From Octopus sinensis (taxonomy: Eukaryota), in contig NC_043000.1 in the NCBI RefSeq assembly GCF_006345805.1, positions 33,852,001-33,916,000 of the forward strand: a stretch of DNA of 64,000 bases. The letters are read 5' to 3'. A model generated the notes under the pieces. The model did not search any database, was not told the DNA's origin, and saw only the letters and a list, made by a program, of their open reading frames with translations. The number at the start of each line of letters is the position of its first letter. Positions within the stretch are counted from its first letter, which is position 1. Position numbers and translations under genes: made by a program. This document shows, in pieces, positions 1 to 11,426 of the stretch.

Positions 1-71
1 GCTATGGCAATATCCATGATTTTGGTTTCCTTTTCTCCTTTATCTACCACAACAATGTCTGGTCTCCGATT
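1..71 (-). mobile_element. RLE endonuclease fragment of an R4/Dong-like non-LTR retrotransposon (runs off window edge)
   Basis: Minus-strand translation NRRPDIVVVDKGEKETKIMDIAIA matches the RLE PD..(D/E) motif region. Confidence 0.7.
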
Positions 72-467
72 TGACAATTTTGACAGGAAGGTATTGTGGT
101 TGACACTGTCGAACGCTTTGCTGAAGTCAAGATATATGGCATCAGAATTCGAGCCTAATTCCAAGGCTTTAAGACCATCATCAATGTGATGTAAGAGCTG
201 TGTTAGATAGTCCCTGCGGTAGCGAAAGCCATGCTGGTTGGAATTTAGACGCTTGTGGTTCTTCAGGAAGACAATTATCTTGGATCTCACCACATTTTCA
301 AACACTTTGATGATATGGGAGGTGAGTGAGATTGGGCGATAGTTAAATGCAAGAAATATCTTTCCCTTTTTCAAGACCGAGATGACAGATTGGGATAAGA
401 ACTATTTCGGTATATGGCCTGAGTCTAAATAATTTCTCCAGACGTTTGTTGGAGGTGTTGCAAGTTG
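72..467 (-). mobile_element. CR1/L2-group LINE reverse transcriptase fragment (pseudogenised)
   Basis: Minus frame reads NYRPISLTSHIIKVFE...NQHGFRYRRDYLTQLL...DAIYLDFSKAFDSVNH; in-frame stop at 402-404. Confidence 0.9.
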
Positions 468-1293
468 GTGTATGGACAGTTTGAAAGGAATACACAAAAC
501 GTTAAGGATAATGCAGCATCGTGGGCATAGCTGGAGCGAGGTGATTTGAAACATACCACTGAAAGCATGATCACTGCTGCACAAGACCAGGCTCTCGCTA
601 CCAATTCAGTGAAGTATAACATCTATAAAACTTCTGACACAAAGAAATGCAGGCTCTGTGGAAAGAGTGTGGAAAATGTGACACTTGGTAATTGGATGTG
701 AGAGCCTTGCACAAAAAGAATACAAGCGCCGCCACGATAAAATGTGTGTGTATCTTCATTGGCTCTTATGCCATAAATAACAATATGAAGTAATAGAGAA
801 CTGGTATGAGCATGTACGGAGTAAAGTTATGCAGGAGGATGGAAAAGTAACGTTACTCTGGGACTATGATTTTCAGTCGGATCGTGTAATCGAACACCGT
901 ACACCAGATGTTGTCATATTGAATAAGAGAGACGAATACCGTCAGATCATTGAAGTAGCCATACCAAATGACATAAATGCTGTGAGTAAAGAGGTTGAAA
1001 CAAATCACCAAGTACTCCAAATTGAAAGTGGAAATAACAAGACTGTGTGGAATGCAAGAGGATAATATAAAAGTGATACCAGTGGTGATCGGAGTGTTGG
1101 GCTCAATCACATTGAAACTTCAAAACTTCTTAAGGCAACTGAAAATCCCATGCAAGATTGATATCTTGCAAAAAGCAGCTTTATTGAGCGCAGCGCAGAT
1201 CTTAAGGAAAGTATTATCTGCCTGAGGTACTTGTTGTGACTTGACAGATGACTAAAGACTCTGGTGCGTTTTTACCTACACTGTGTTACGAAG

Positions 1294-1295
<2 letters not shown>
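468..1295 (+). mobile_element. R4/Dong-like RLE LINE, 5'-truncated 3' end (zinc knuckle + RLE + 3' UTR), decayed
   Basis: Reads YGQF...AAQDQALATN...CRLCGKSVENV...EYKRRHD...LWDYDFQSDRVIEHRTPDVVIL...IIEVAIP...PVVIGVLG...ILRKVL with stops and frameshifts; followed by (TAA)n at 1296-1354. Confidence 0.9.
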
Positions 1296-1354
<59 letters not shown>

Positions 1355-1355
<1 letters not shown>

Positions 1356-1888
1356 GCCCTGATGCAGTACCGGCAGTGGCTCTCATGGCTTCTGATCTTA
1401 ACTGATTGGAAGTGTTATCATGTACTTTGTTTTGTGTTGGCATAAATTTTCTGCTCAATACCACAGATTTGCTTGTCAGTTGTTTGACTTTAACCATTTG
1501 AGCATGTTCCTTACTGGTTGACGATGTGTGCATCTCTGATCACGAGCAGAAGTAGTGGGGGAGCATCATAACCATGTGTTGGGAGGGATTCTTTGGGGTT
1601 TGAATAATTCCCCTCTGGAAACATGGGTTTTTCGTTCAACATCCTTAAACAATCCGTATTCAGAGATTTTTGAGCGGGATGGGCTACTCGACCTGAAGAA
1701 AATTCTATTTGGGCCCCACCTGCGAGGTCATGCGCTGTTAATCTTGATATGAGATCACCGTGTCGCGCACATATGGTTGTGATGCATGTGCCTGGTGTAC
1801 CCTTATCAGACGGGTAGTCATGTTGGATATACTGGGCTTCGTATATTTTATCCCTGTCCCACTTTGATGGCATGCACTGATCCCTCAC
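1355..1888 (+). mobile_element. Unclassified ~530-bp non-coding interspersed element (element X, copy 1) between (TAA)n tracts
   Basis: Co-linear and highly similar to 58267-58821 with the same start (tgccctgatgcagtacc) and end; carries a ~20-25 bp deletion; strand assumed from the adjacent LINE. Confidence 0.8.
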
Positions 1889-2096
<208 letters not shown>

Positions 2097-2835
2097 ATCA
2101 TCATCATCAGCAGAGCAGCAGCATCATTACCAGCAACTGCTGTCTGTGTCATCATCAGAAACTCAAGCACTACCATATCCAACAACTCAGTAGTAAAAAC
2201 AACAACCACAGCAACAACTACCAAGACATTTCCATCTGCCCAACTTCACCCCCCCCCCTCCAAAGGCTTGTATTGTTCCAAGGGCCAAGTACGGAAGATC
2301 ATATTTACTCAGAATGCCGCGCTATAATATCGAACCCAAGACTACATAATCGGTAAGCCGATCGTTAGCCCGCCCACAGAGCCAGGTACTTTGATGTAAT
2401 TGTGTCGTTGGCAACTGAAATGCTGGACAGCCACCGAGAGATTGGTGTCCCTCACTCTGGATGGCTGCATTGAAGACGAGAGCAAAGATATTGGAAATAA
2501 ATGGTCTGGTTTCTATTGGAATCACACTGAAGGTGAGAAACAATTGATTGTGCTTGGTGAAGACATCAGAGATATCTCGGTAGAGAAGCTGTACGAGTTT
2601 AGCAGGCAGCGGCCAATATTGGCTACGATAGAACAGTACATTGCTGGACTGAAGAATCGGGAGAAAGTCTGAATATTCAATGTGGGTTGTCTGTGGAGGG
2701 AAAGAAATGATTGAAGAGAGAGAGCGAGAGCGAGAGCGGGAGGGGTTGGTTCGGAAGTATAGGGGAAGAAAAAGGAATTGAAATACACGTTTATTGAAGG
2801 AAATGGGAGTATGGTGGATTTATGAATGACAATCA

Positions 2836-2919
2836 TAGTAGTAATAGTAGTAGCATTAGTAGCAGTAGTAGCATCAGTAGTAGTAGTAGTAGTAGTAGTA
2901 GTATAGTAGTAGCAGCATC

Positions 2920-2951
<32 letters not shown>

Positions 2952-3300
2952 CATCAGTAGTAGTAGTAGTAGTAGCAGCAGCAGTAGTAGTAGTAGCATC
3001 AGTAATAGTAGCTGTAGTAGCATCAGTAGTAGTAGTAGTAGCAGAAGTAGTAGTAGTAGTAGTAGTAGCATCAGTAGTAGTAGTAGTAGTAGCAGCAGCA
3101 GTAGTAGTAGTAGCATCAGTAATAGTAGCTGTAGTAGCATCAGTAGTTGTAGTAGTAGTAGTAGTAGTAGTAGTAGTTAGTAGTAGTAGTAGTAGTAGCA
3201 TCAGTAGTAGTAGTAGTAGCATCAGTAGTAGTTGTAGTAGTAGTATTATCAGTAAGTAGTAGTTGTGGTAGTAGCTGCGGTAGTAGTTGCGGCAGTAGTT
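2836..3300. repeat. Compound (AGT)n/(AGC)n microsatellite
   Basis: Read directly; source of the poly-V/T/L ORFs in the track. Confidence 0.95.
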
Positions 3301-3916
3301 GTGGCAACTGAAACTTGTGGTTCGGCGGTAGTCGTTTAGAAGTCAGCGCAATTTCTTAATGAACGACGGTTGTGACAACTTGCTGTCTACTTCTCCTCAC
3401 ACTGTCACCCTTACCTCTCATCCTGCAACTACGATCACTAGGCCGACGACGACCAGGAGAACCCCACAACTATTACTACTGCTGCTACTGCTGCAACTGC
3501 TGCTGCTGGTGTATTACAGCCCTGCTACTGAAAATTCCCTCACACACCCACCCAATTGTGAATTACCCCCCACTCCCATAACCATAACGCCCGCTGCTCC
3601 CTCCTTCTCCTTCACCTCCTCCCACTACCTCCACTCAACGTTCATTGATCCAAAGGCCTCGAAGGAGTTACTTCAATCTCTTTTCTGCCTTTTATACTTT
3701 ACGCCTTTCCTTCTTTCTTTCTAAGATTCAGTATTTTTCATGTCTTGTCTATTTTCAACAGGCACACACACACACACACACACATACACACACACACAAC
3801 ACATGTGTGTATCTCTGTGTGTGTATGTGCTTATGCATGTATGTATATATATATCTATATCTATATATGTACATGCATATATAGGAATATATATTAATAT
3901 ACACACACAATATATG

Positions 3917-3968
<52 letters not shown>

Positions 3969-4059
3969 ATCAATTTAGGGTAGCAAAAAATTCAGTAAAA
4001 ATTTATCGCTACCAGCGGTCTGGTGGAAAAGAGAAAATAGTCAAAGACTAAATAGATAA

Positions 4060-4328
4060 ATATAACAATTTAGGAATGGCCTAAACAGGCCATTCGTCCA
4101 CCAGAAAGAGCAGCCAGAACTCCAACCGCCAAGTAGTGTAATTCGGAAATAAGGTGAAAATTAAAAACATTTACCCTAATTCATTTTTATACGATGCATC
4201 GTATAAAAGATGAATTAGGGTAAATGTTTTTAATTTTCACCTTATTTCCGAATTACACTACTTGGCGGTTGGAGTTCTGGCTGCTCTTTCTGGTGGACGA
4301 ATGACCTGTTTAGGCCATTCCTAAATTG

Positions 4329-4334
<6 letters not shown>
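4060..4334. repeat. Near-perfect spacer-less palindrome (~137-bp arms)
   Basis: Centre ATG|CAT at 4196/4197; one mismatch and one 1-nt indel by eye. Confidence 0.9.
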
Positions 4335-4366
<32 letters not shown>

Positions 4367-4405
4367 ACCATATATACCATATATACCATATATATATATA
4401 TATAT

Positions 4406-4446
<41 letters not shown>

Positions 4447-4572
4447 TACATACATATATATATACATACATACATATATATATATATGGTGAAACATTGT
4501 AAACTGCTGTTTATATTAATTTTATATATGTATGTATGTATATATATAAGTATGTATATATATATACACACA

Positions 4573-4606
<34 letters not shown>

Positions 4607-4720
4607 CAATATATATATATATAAAATCATAATATATATAATATATATAATATATATATGTAGTATGTGTATATATCTATCTATATATATATATATACAT
4701 ATACATATACATACATATAG

Positions 4721-4752
<32 letters not shown>

Positions 4753-4765
4753 ATATATATATATT
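4335..4765. repeat. (AT)n-rich microsatellite
   Basis: Read directly from sequence. Confidence 0.95.
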
Positions 4766-4946
4766 CAGATGAACCAACTTCACGGCAGGAGGGGCAGATG
4801 AGGGCAGCTGCATCGAACTTCTCATGCACCAATAGCAGTTGCTAGAAGCCTCCATGAAGTGAAACCAAGTAGCAACACCAAATGGCGGTGCCCCAGCATG
4901 GCCACAGCTCATAAGCTGAAACTAGAATCAATCAATCAATCAATCA
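4766..4946 (+). mobile_element. CR1-group LINE extreme 3' end with (AATC)n tail
   Basis: Reads (P)DEPTSRQEGQMRAAASN, resembling the CR1-type ORF2 terminus; 3' stem-loops followed by (AATC)n. Confidence 0.6.
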
Positions 4947-4971
4947 TATCATATACATATACATACATATA

Positions 4972-5027
<56 letters not shown>

Positions 5028-5269
5028 CTGCCTCTATATTTATCTAGCAATCTATTAATTTATATGCGTGTGTATTCTTATACATATGTATGTGTATATA
5101 TACACATACATATCATACATATAGTATCGCATGGTAATGTCGTTATACATGTGCACAAATCTCTCTCTCACTCTGTCCCTGTGTGTTATTTGTCTTGGTT
5201 CACCCCACCATCACCGTCACCATTTCCTTCACCAGTTACGGTGTCCTATAGTCATACCAGCACAATCAC

Positions 5270-5576
5270 CACCACCACCACCATCACCCCCACCACCACC
5301 ACCACCACCACCACCACCACGATCAACAACAACAACAACAACAACAACAGCAACAACAACAACAACACTAAAAACATCAACATCACTCAAACCAGGAACG
5401 CCACCACTACTACAACCACCACTGACACCGCATCCACCACCGCCGTCACCACCTCGCCAACACCATCAACACAGCTACCACCACTGCTGCTCCCACCACC
5501 ACCACCACCACTATCACCACAACAAGAAACACCACCACCATCCCGATGCCCTGACAGTAGAGTGATCACACACACG

Positions 5577-5631
<55 letters not shown>

Positions 5632-5868
5632 CACACACACAGCACGCATATAGACACTCGTACACTCAGACGCACACATACCAATACACACACACACACT
5701 CAAATAGATGCCTTTTTAACGCAATATCAATATTCAGCGACATCAATTATGTCTTTCTCAAACTGCATCTTCATCTCAAAATTTACCAGAGATGTTTTAT
5801 AACAAGTTCACCGTGAGTGTGTGTGTATGTGTGTGTGTCGATAAGATCGATTGATCGATCGATCGATC

Positions 5869-5934
<66 letters not shown>

Positions 5935-6062
5935 AAGACAGTAGGATAGATAAGTAAATTCATATTTTGTTTATCGGTATGCATCCGTATATACCAAATC
6001 AAAAATATGTATGTCTGCACATGTATGCACACACACACAAACACACACATACACACACACAT

Positions 6063-6118
<56 letters not shown>

Positions 6119-6138
6119 GTGTGTGTATATATATAAAG

Positions 6139-6237
<99 letters not shown>

Positions 6238-6305
6238 GCTAGATAGATCGATAGAAAGATTGATAGATAGATATTAGAGATAGGTAGATAAATAGATAGA
6301 TACTG
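5270..6305. repeat. Microsatellite block: (ACC)n, (AAC)n, (AC)n, (AGAT)n, (AT)n
   Basis: Read directly from sequence. Confidence 0.95.
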
Positions 6306-7269
6306 ATACAAATTAGGAGAAAAGAGAATTACATATTCAGGCTTTATCATACAGTTAATCACATCTTTCTTTGTCCGTACCGACACGTGTTTCCGTTGCA
6401 AGCCAGTGCACATTGCTTGATAAACTGAATAAAATACGAATTGTACTTTACACTGATGGAATGATAAGATAGAAGAGGTATTGGAACTTCAATACATTAG
6501 TGAGTATTGACCTAATTTCGGACAGGAAGTGGCTTGATTTCTCACTGGCCAGGTTGAAAAGTTCAAAATATATGATTAATTTTTCTAACACTAACATCTC
6601 GTGCATGAGCAATTTTGGTATCTGAAATATAGTTAAATTTTACCCTGATGAAGCAGTACCAGTAATTAACACCAAAACGCTAAGAACGATACATAATTTG
6701 CAGTGTGCAAATTATGTATCGGAAGCACATATAGGTACTGACAAAGAGAGATGGGATTAACTGTATGATAAAACCTGGATATGTAAATATCTTTTCTCCT
6801 ATTTTCTTATTAATTTATTTATTTCTTCTCTACCGTCACTATACATTCTCTATAGAGACATTTGAATTTACCAAAGCGATGATTTACCTAGTATAGTAAA
6901 CTAACTGGAATCCATCTACATCAAGTGTTCCACCCACCACGTCATAAACCACCAGTCACTATGTAGGCCTGAACCTTCCAGTTCGATAGGGTGTGAGAAA
7001 TGTTATATGAATTATAACAGTCATTTTCGTCTGTAGAATTGGTAATTTATGTAGCCCGATGTTCACTATACCATGGAATGATAATAACGATCTGGTGTGT
7101 TTATTTTAATGGCCTACCAATGTATACAATACGTTTCTCTACCCTATGTGTCTGGAAGACACTCGGCAAGAAATGGAAACATAATTGAAAGAAGATGCTA
7201 ATGAAAATAATAACAATAATAACAACTAACTGGACCAGTGAAAAATTCACGGAAAACATAAAAAATGTA

Positions 7270-7625
7270 AGCGTCTGAGAAATGTTTGCATATTGCCTCA
7301 GCAATTTCCTTTCCCATTTAGTGTACCTGGAGGATTATCGTTTTATTTCCTATGCCTTATATTACGGCTTCCACAGTAAAGAGATGTCCACATCTAGTGG
7401 TCCCTCTGCTGCCTTTATTTCAACCACCATCCGACTGAGGTATGTCGGAATTAGCCATCATTCTCTCTTCTGAGGGTTATTGTTGCTGCACTTTCTTTAG
7501 CTTTTTCTTCGGTTAGAAATCTCAGCTCAACTATTCCAAAGCGTCTCCCACGAGTGATATAAGATTTTATTCCCCAGACTGATCTTAGACACTTTTTGAT
7601 CTGGGTCAGCGTAGTTCGCTCGAAT
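7270..7625 (-). mobile_element. Possible LINE ORF1 (gag/RRM-like) relic
   Basis: Frameshifted minus translation RGRRFGIVELRFLTEEKAKESAA / WLIPTYLSRMVVEIKAAEGPLDVD; resemblance only. Confidence 0.3.
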
Positions 7626-8284
7626 CTCTAGTTTTTTTTTTAAATACATTTGTATGTAATAATTTTGTTCTATTATCCTTATGTATTTTTTTCTCTGGCG
7701 TATTTAGAAATATTATTCTAGCATTCTTTGTTAAATGCGCTTTGATCGACACGCTTGGTCGACACACTTGGTCGATACGCTTGTGCGGGACTGTTCCTGT
7801 TTTGTTTAGAGATAAGAACGTCCGCCATTTTCGTTGTATTAATGTTTCTGTTGTTGTTGTTGGTGATGGTAGTGGTGGTGGGGGAGGATGGCACTTCTCT
7901 CTTTTATAATTTTATCCTACTTGTCACTGCTGCTGCTTCTGTTGGTTTTGTTGTTGTTGGTGGTGGTGTTGTTATCTGCGATTTGTCTTTCGACCATATC
8001 AATTAGTGGTGGGGAAAATGACGTCATAATGGCTTTTCCAACAGCCATCACTGCTTTCAGTTTGGGAAACCATATTGTTATTTTTTGTTTTGAAATTTTA
8101 AATTTTAATTCCCAAAATTCGTCCTTAAAGGGCGAATTTTCGCCAGACCAACTCACTGCAAGCAAAGCGAGCTGGCTTATTTAGTTAACACTACAACAAA
8201 AGTTCGAATACAAAATAAAAAAACAACAAATTTTAAAGAAAACTACATACGAATCACAAACAAGCGTCCTCTCTTTCCAAACAT

Positions 8285-8451
<167 letters not shown>

Positions 8452-8569
8452 AACGAAGAGTTGTTTAGAGCATAGACATAAAACCAGAAATTTCGTAACA
8501 TGTAAACAAGAAACAGGAGAGCCACGTGATTAAACAGATGAAAGCCAACATATTCAGGAAATAGGGGTG

Positions 8570-8905
8570 CATCGAGGATATGGAGCATGGGCGAGGTGGG
8601 ATAGAAAAGTGAACGTAATGGTTAGGGAGGAGAAGGAGGGGGTCTTTGCGATGGACACAGTATCGCTGATGTAAGGTGAGGGTATAAACGAGGAGAGAGT
8701 ACCTAGTTGGAGGTTACAGAGAACCAGCCAATTCTGAGGAACAACGGCAAATGTAGTAGCATCACAAAAGATAGAATGAGGAGGCAGTGCATGTGGTTGG
8801 AGGTTGTAGTGTGTTGATGGAGGGTTTCATATCTTGTGCTCTTTCTTTCGATGTTCCCTTGATGTCTGTGTATGTAGTAGCAACTATGTCCCACCTACGT
8901 ATTCT
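8570..8905 (-). mobile_element. Decayed L2/Jockey/CR1-group LINE 3' coding end
   Basis: Frameshifted ATTYTDI...PSINTLQP...FYLL*CYYICRCSSELAGSL*PP resembles the FYRYY.G.CSSELA terminal motif. Confidence 0.5.
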
Positions 8906-9288
8906 TCCTTATCAATTTCCATTCAAAGATCTTCTAGCAATGCATGGCGTCTGTTGATAAAAACAATGGAAATCCGACAGATTTTCGACGAATGAAGAAT
9001 CGTGTGTCCTGTGCAACATACTTCTTCAATAAATTCTTAAAGTATCAACTATGGCGATATTCTGGTCCTGAAATCAGCCACTTATCATCTCTAAGAATAT
9101 TCAGTAGAACCACAGCAAAGCCATTATATTGCAGACACCGTGTGTAAATAGATAGCTTACGGTGGATTATTTTTGCGTGGCTGCTGTCGCAATATATGTA
9201 TGTATACGTGTATGTATGTATGTATGTATGTATGTATGTATGTATGTATGTATGTAGTATGTATGTATGTATGTATGTGTGTGTGTAT

Positions 9289-9394
9289 GTCATTTTTCAG
9301 TTTTATTCAAAATTTCTTGCCAACAGAGAAAGAGCTAGTTTCTAACCTAGATCCAAAGCACCTTCATTGGAATTTCAACATCAGCAACAGGGTG
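9289..9394 (-). mobile_element. ~110-bp element Y, copy 1, embedded in (TACA)n
   Basis: Same unit as 9987-10097 and 10402-10511 (tttctaacctagatccaa...cattggaatttcaacatc), with (TATG)n on both sides. Confidence 0.75.
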
Positions 9395-9986
9395 CGTATG
9401 TATGTATGTATGTATGTATGTATGTATGTATGTATGTATGTATGTATGTATGTTGTATGTATGTATGTATGTATGTATGTATGTATGTATGTATGCATGC
9501 ATGCATGCATGTATGTATGTATGTATGTATGTATGTATGTATGTATGTATGACAGTGTACTGCGTCTGGTCATGAGGCTCCTGTCTGAGAGTTCTGGAGT
9601 TGTGGAGATCATGGAGTCACCCTTTAATTACGATTATTCCCAGAGCCATTTTGACTTGGAATAGTAGTACCTGACAGAGTACCATCTATGAGTCTTATAG
9701 ATTATCCAAGCGTGATAGAAGGTTCTCGTTTTCTTTTTCTCCACAAAGCTATTCTAATAGAAAGAGTTTCTCTGACATAAAACTTGCCGCCAAAATAATT
9801 AGCAGCCATCTTGCAATGCTCGTCACTAGAACCTACTCTGGCAACTGAGGGAGAGGGGCAAATGTGTTGCACATGCTTCTATCACTGAAACCCAATGGTG
9901 TACAGATGTTTCATTATCATTTCATTTTATGGCTGAATGTGAGACAGTTATCATTTGACAAAATGACGCAATCATTTTGTATGTAT

Positions 9987-10097
9987 GTCATTATTCGGTT
10001 CTATTTCAAGATTTCTTGCCAAAAGAGAAAGAACCGGTTTCTAACCTAGATCCAAGGCTTCTTCATTGGAATTTCAACATCAACAACAGAGTATTTT
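9987..10097 (-). mobile_element. ~110-bp element Y, copy 2
   Basis: Co-linear with copies 1 and 3 with matching boundaries; long (TATG)n on one side, two units on the other. Confidence 0.75.
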
Positions 10098-10401
10098 TGT
10101 TTGTATGTATGTATGTATGTATGTATGCATGCATGTATGTAAGTATGTATGTATGTATGCATACATACATGCATGTATGCATGTATGTATGTTTGCATGA
10201 ATATGTGTATGTGTAGATTTGTATGTTTTATGTATGTCGTCTCATGTATATAGTTTCATATCTAGACATGCTCATATATATTTAAATGATAAACTTCTGG
10301 AAAGTTTTACAGATTTTTATAGTTCTAGTGATGGAATAGATCTGTAGCCTTCGAATAACCTTTCTCCTTTTTTTTTTGTTTTTCATGCATGTATTATGTA
10401 T

Positions 10402-10510
10402 GTCATTATTCAGTTTTATTACAAAATTTTTGCCAATAAAAAAGAACCGGTTTCTAACCTAGATACAAGGCTCCCTCACTGGAATATCAACATCAACCAC
10501 ATGGTATTTT

Positions 10511-10511
<1 letters not shown>
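10402..10511 (-). mobile_element. ~110-bp element Y, copy 3
   Basis: Co-linear with copies 1 and 2; long (TATG)n on one side. Confidence 0.75.
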
Positions 10512-10542
<31 letters not shown>

Positions 10543-10562
10543 TGTATGTATGTATGTATGTA

Positions 10563-11360
10563 TCTTCTATTTTTTTAATTATTATAAATCTTCCACTGAG
10601 GAAGGAGCCGGTTTCCAACAAAGAGGAAAGATTTCATCTTTAAGATGTAGTTAACAGAGGTAAATTCACACTTGGAACTTCAGAAAATTTTTGCATATTT
10701 TTACTGTTCCTCTCACAGGTTGCACTTGTATTGTACGAATTAACCGGTCGATTTCTCTCTCTGAAAATCCCAGTTTATCCAGGTTCTCGTTTAAGCATTC
10801 TCTAACAAAGCCTAGTGCTCCAATTATTATTGGTATGAATATGAGTTCATCGTCTGGATATAGAAGCTGGAGATTTCGAAGCAGTCGTCCATAGATATCC
10901 TCTTTTACTTTGATTTTCAAAGAGATATTTATATCTGCAGGGCAGCTGACCTCTATGTTGGTACACACCTTTGCTCCTCTGTCCCAAACAACAATATCTG
11001 ACCAGAAGTCTTGATGGGAATATTCCACTAGCATTCCTTGAGTTGGAGTTTATGACCATAACAGAGGGATTTTCTAAGTATATTTCAGGACATTCTATTT
11101 TTGTGGATGGCATTGTAAATTGTTTTCGCAACAACATCGTACCGCATAGGGAGGTAGTACCATGACGATATTTTAGGGCAGCTGCTAATCATATGCATAA
11201 TGTCTTCCACAGAAGCATGACATAGCCTACACATGCGGTTGCACTTTGGGATTACAAGAGCGTCACTGTCTCTCTTGTTCACCAGGTACTTTGTGGTTAT
11301 TTCCTGTTCCTGGATTGCAAATGCATAGCCCTCAGAGTGTGATGTAATGTAGTGGTCTTG
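10563..11360 (-). mobile_element. RLE-clade (R4/NeSL-like) LINE 3' end, flanked on both sides by (TACA)n
   Basis: Reads FAIQEQEITTKYL...CRLCHASVEDIMHMISSC (CCHC)...DIVVWDRGAKVCTNIEVSCPAD...PIIIGALG...KICKNFLKFQV* (stop at 10666); (TATG)n at 10512-10562 and 11361-11437. Confidence 0.88.
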
Positions 11361-11392
11361 TATGTATGTATGTATGTATGTATGTATGTATG

Positions 11393-11426
<34 letters not shown>

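Noticed and set aside
1355-1450. HDV-like ribozyme or 5S rRNA origin for the 5' end of element X
   Set aside because: A manual HDV fit fails at P1.1 and J4/2. The 5S likeness is limited to gatct...ctgat..ggaag with no box C match.
6640-6690. Hammerhead at CTGATGAAGC...GCTAAGAAC
   Set aside because: GAAA is missing and there is no stem III or cleavage triplet.
7377-7439. Possible 63-nt symmetric exon (ccacag|...ag|gtatgt)
   Set aside because: The splice-like sites are good, but the peptide is unrecognised, no partner exons are evident, and it overlaps a probable TE relic on the other strand. It needs RNA-seq.
9289-10511. CRISPR-like repeat-spacer array
   Set aside because: The repeats are about 110 bp, the spacers are microsatellite or irregular, there are no cas genes, and the context is eukaryotic.
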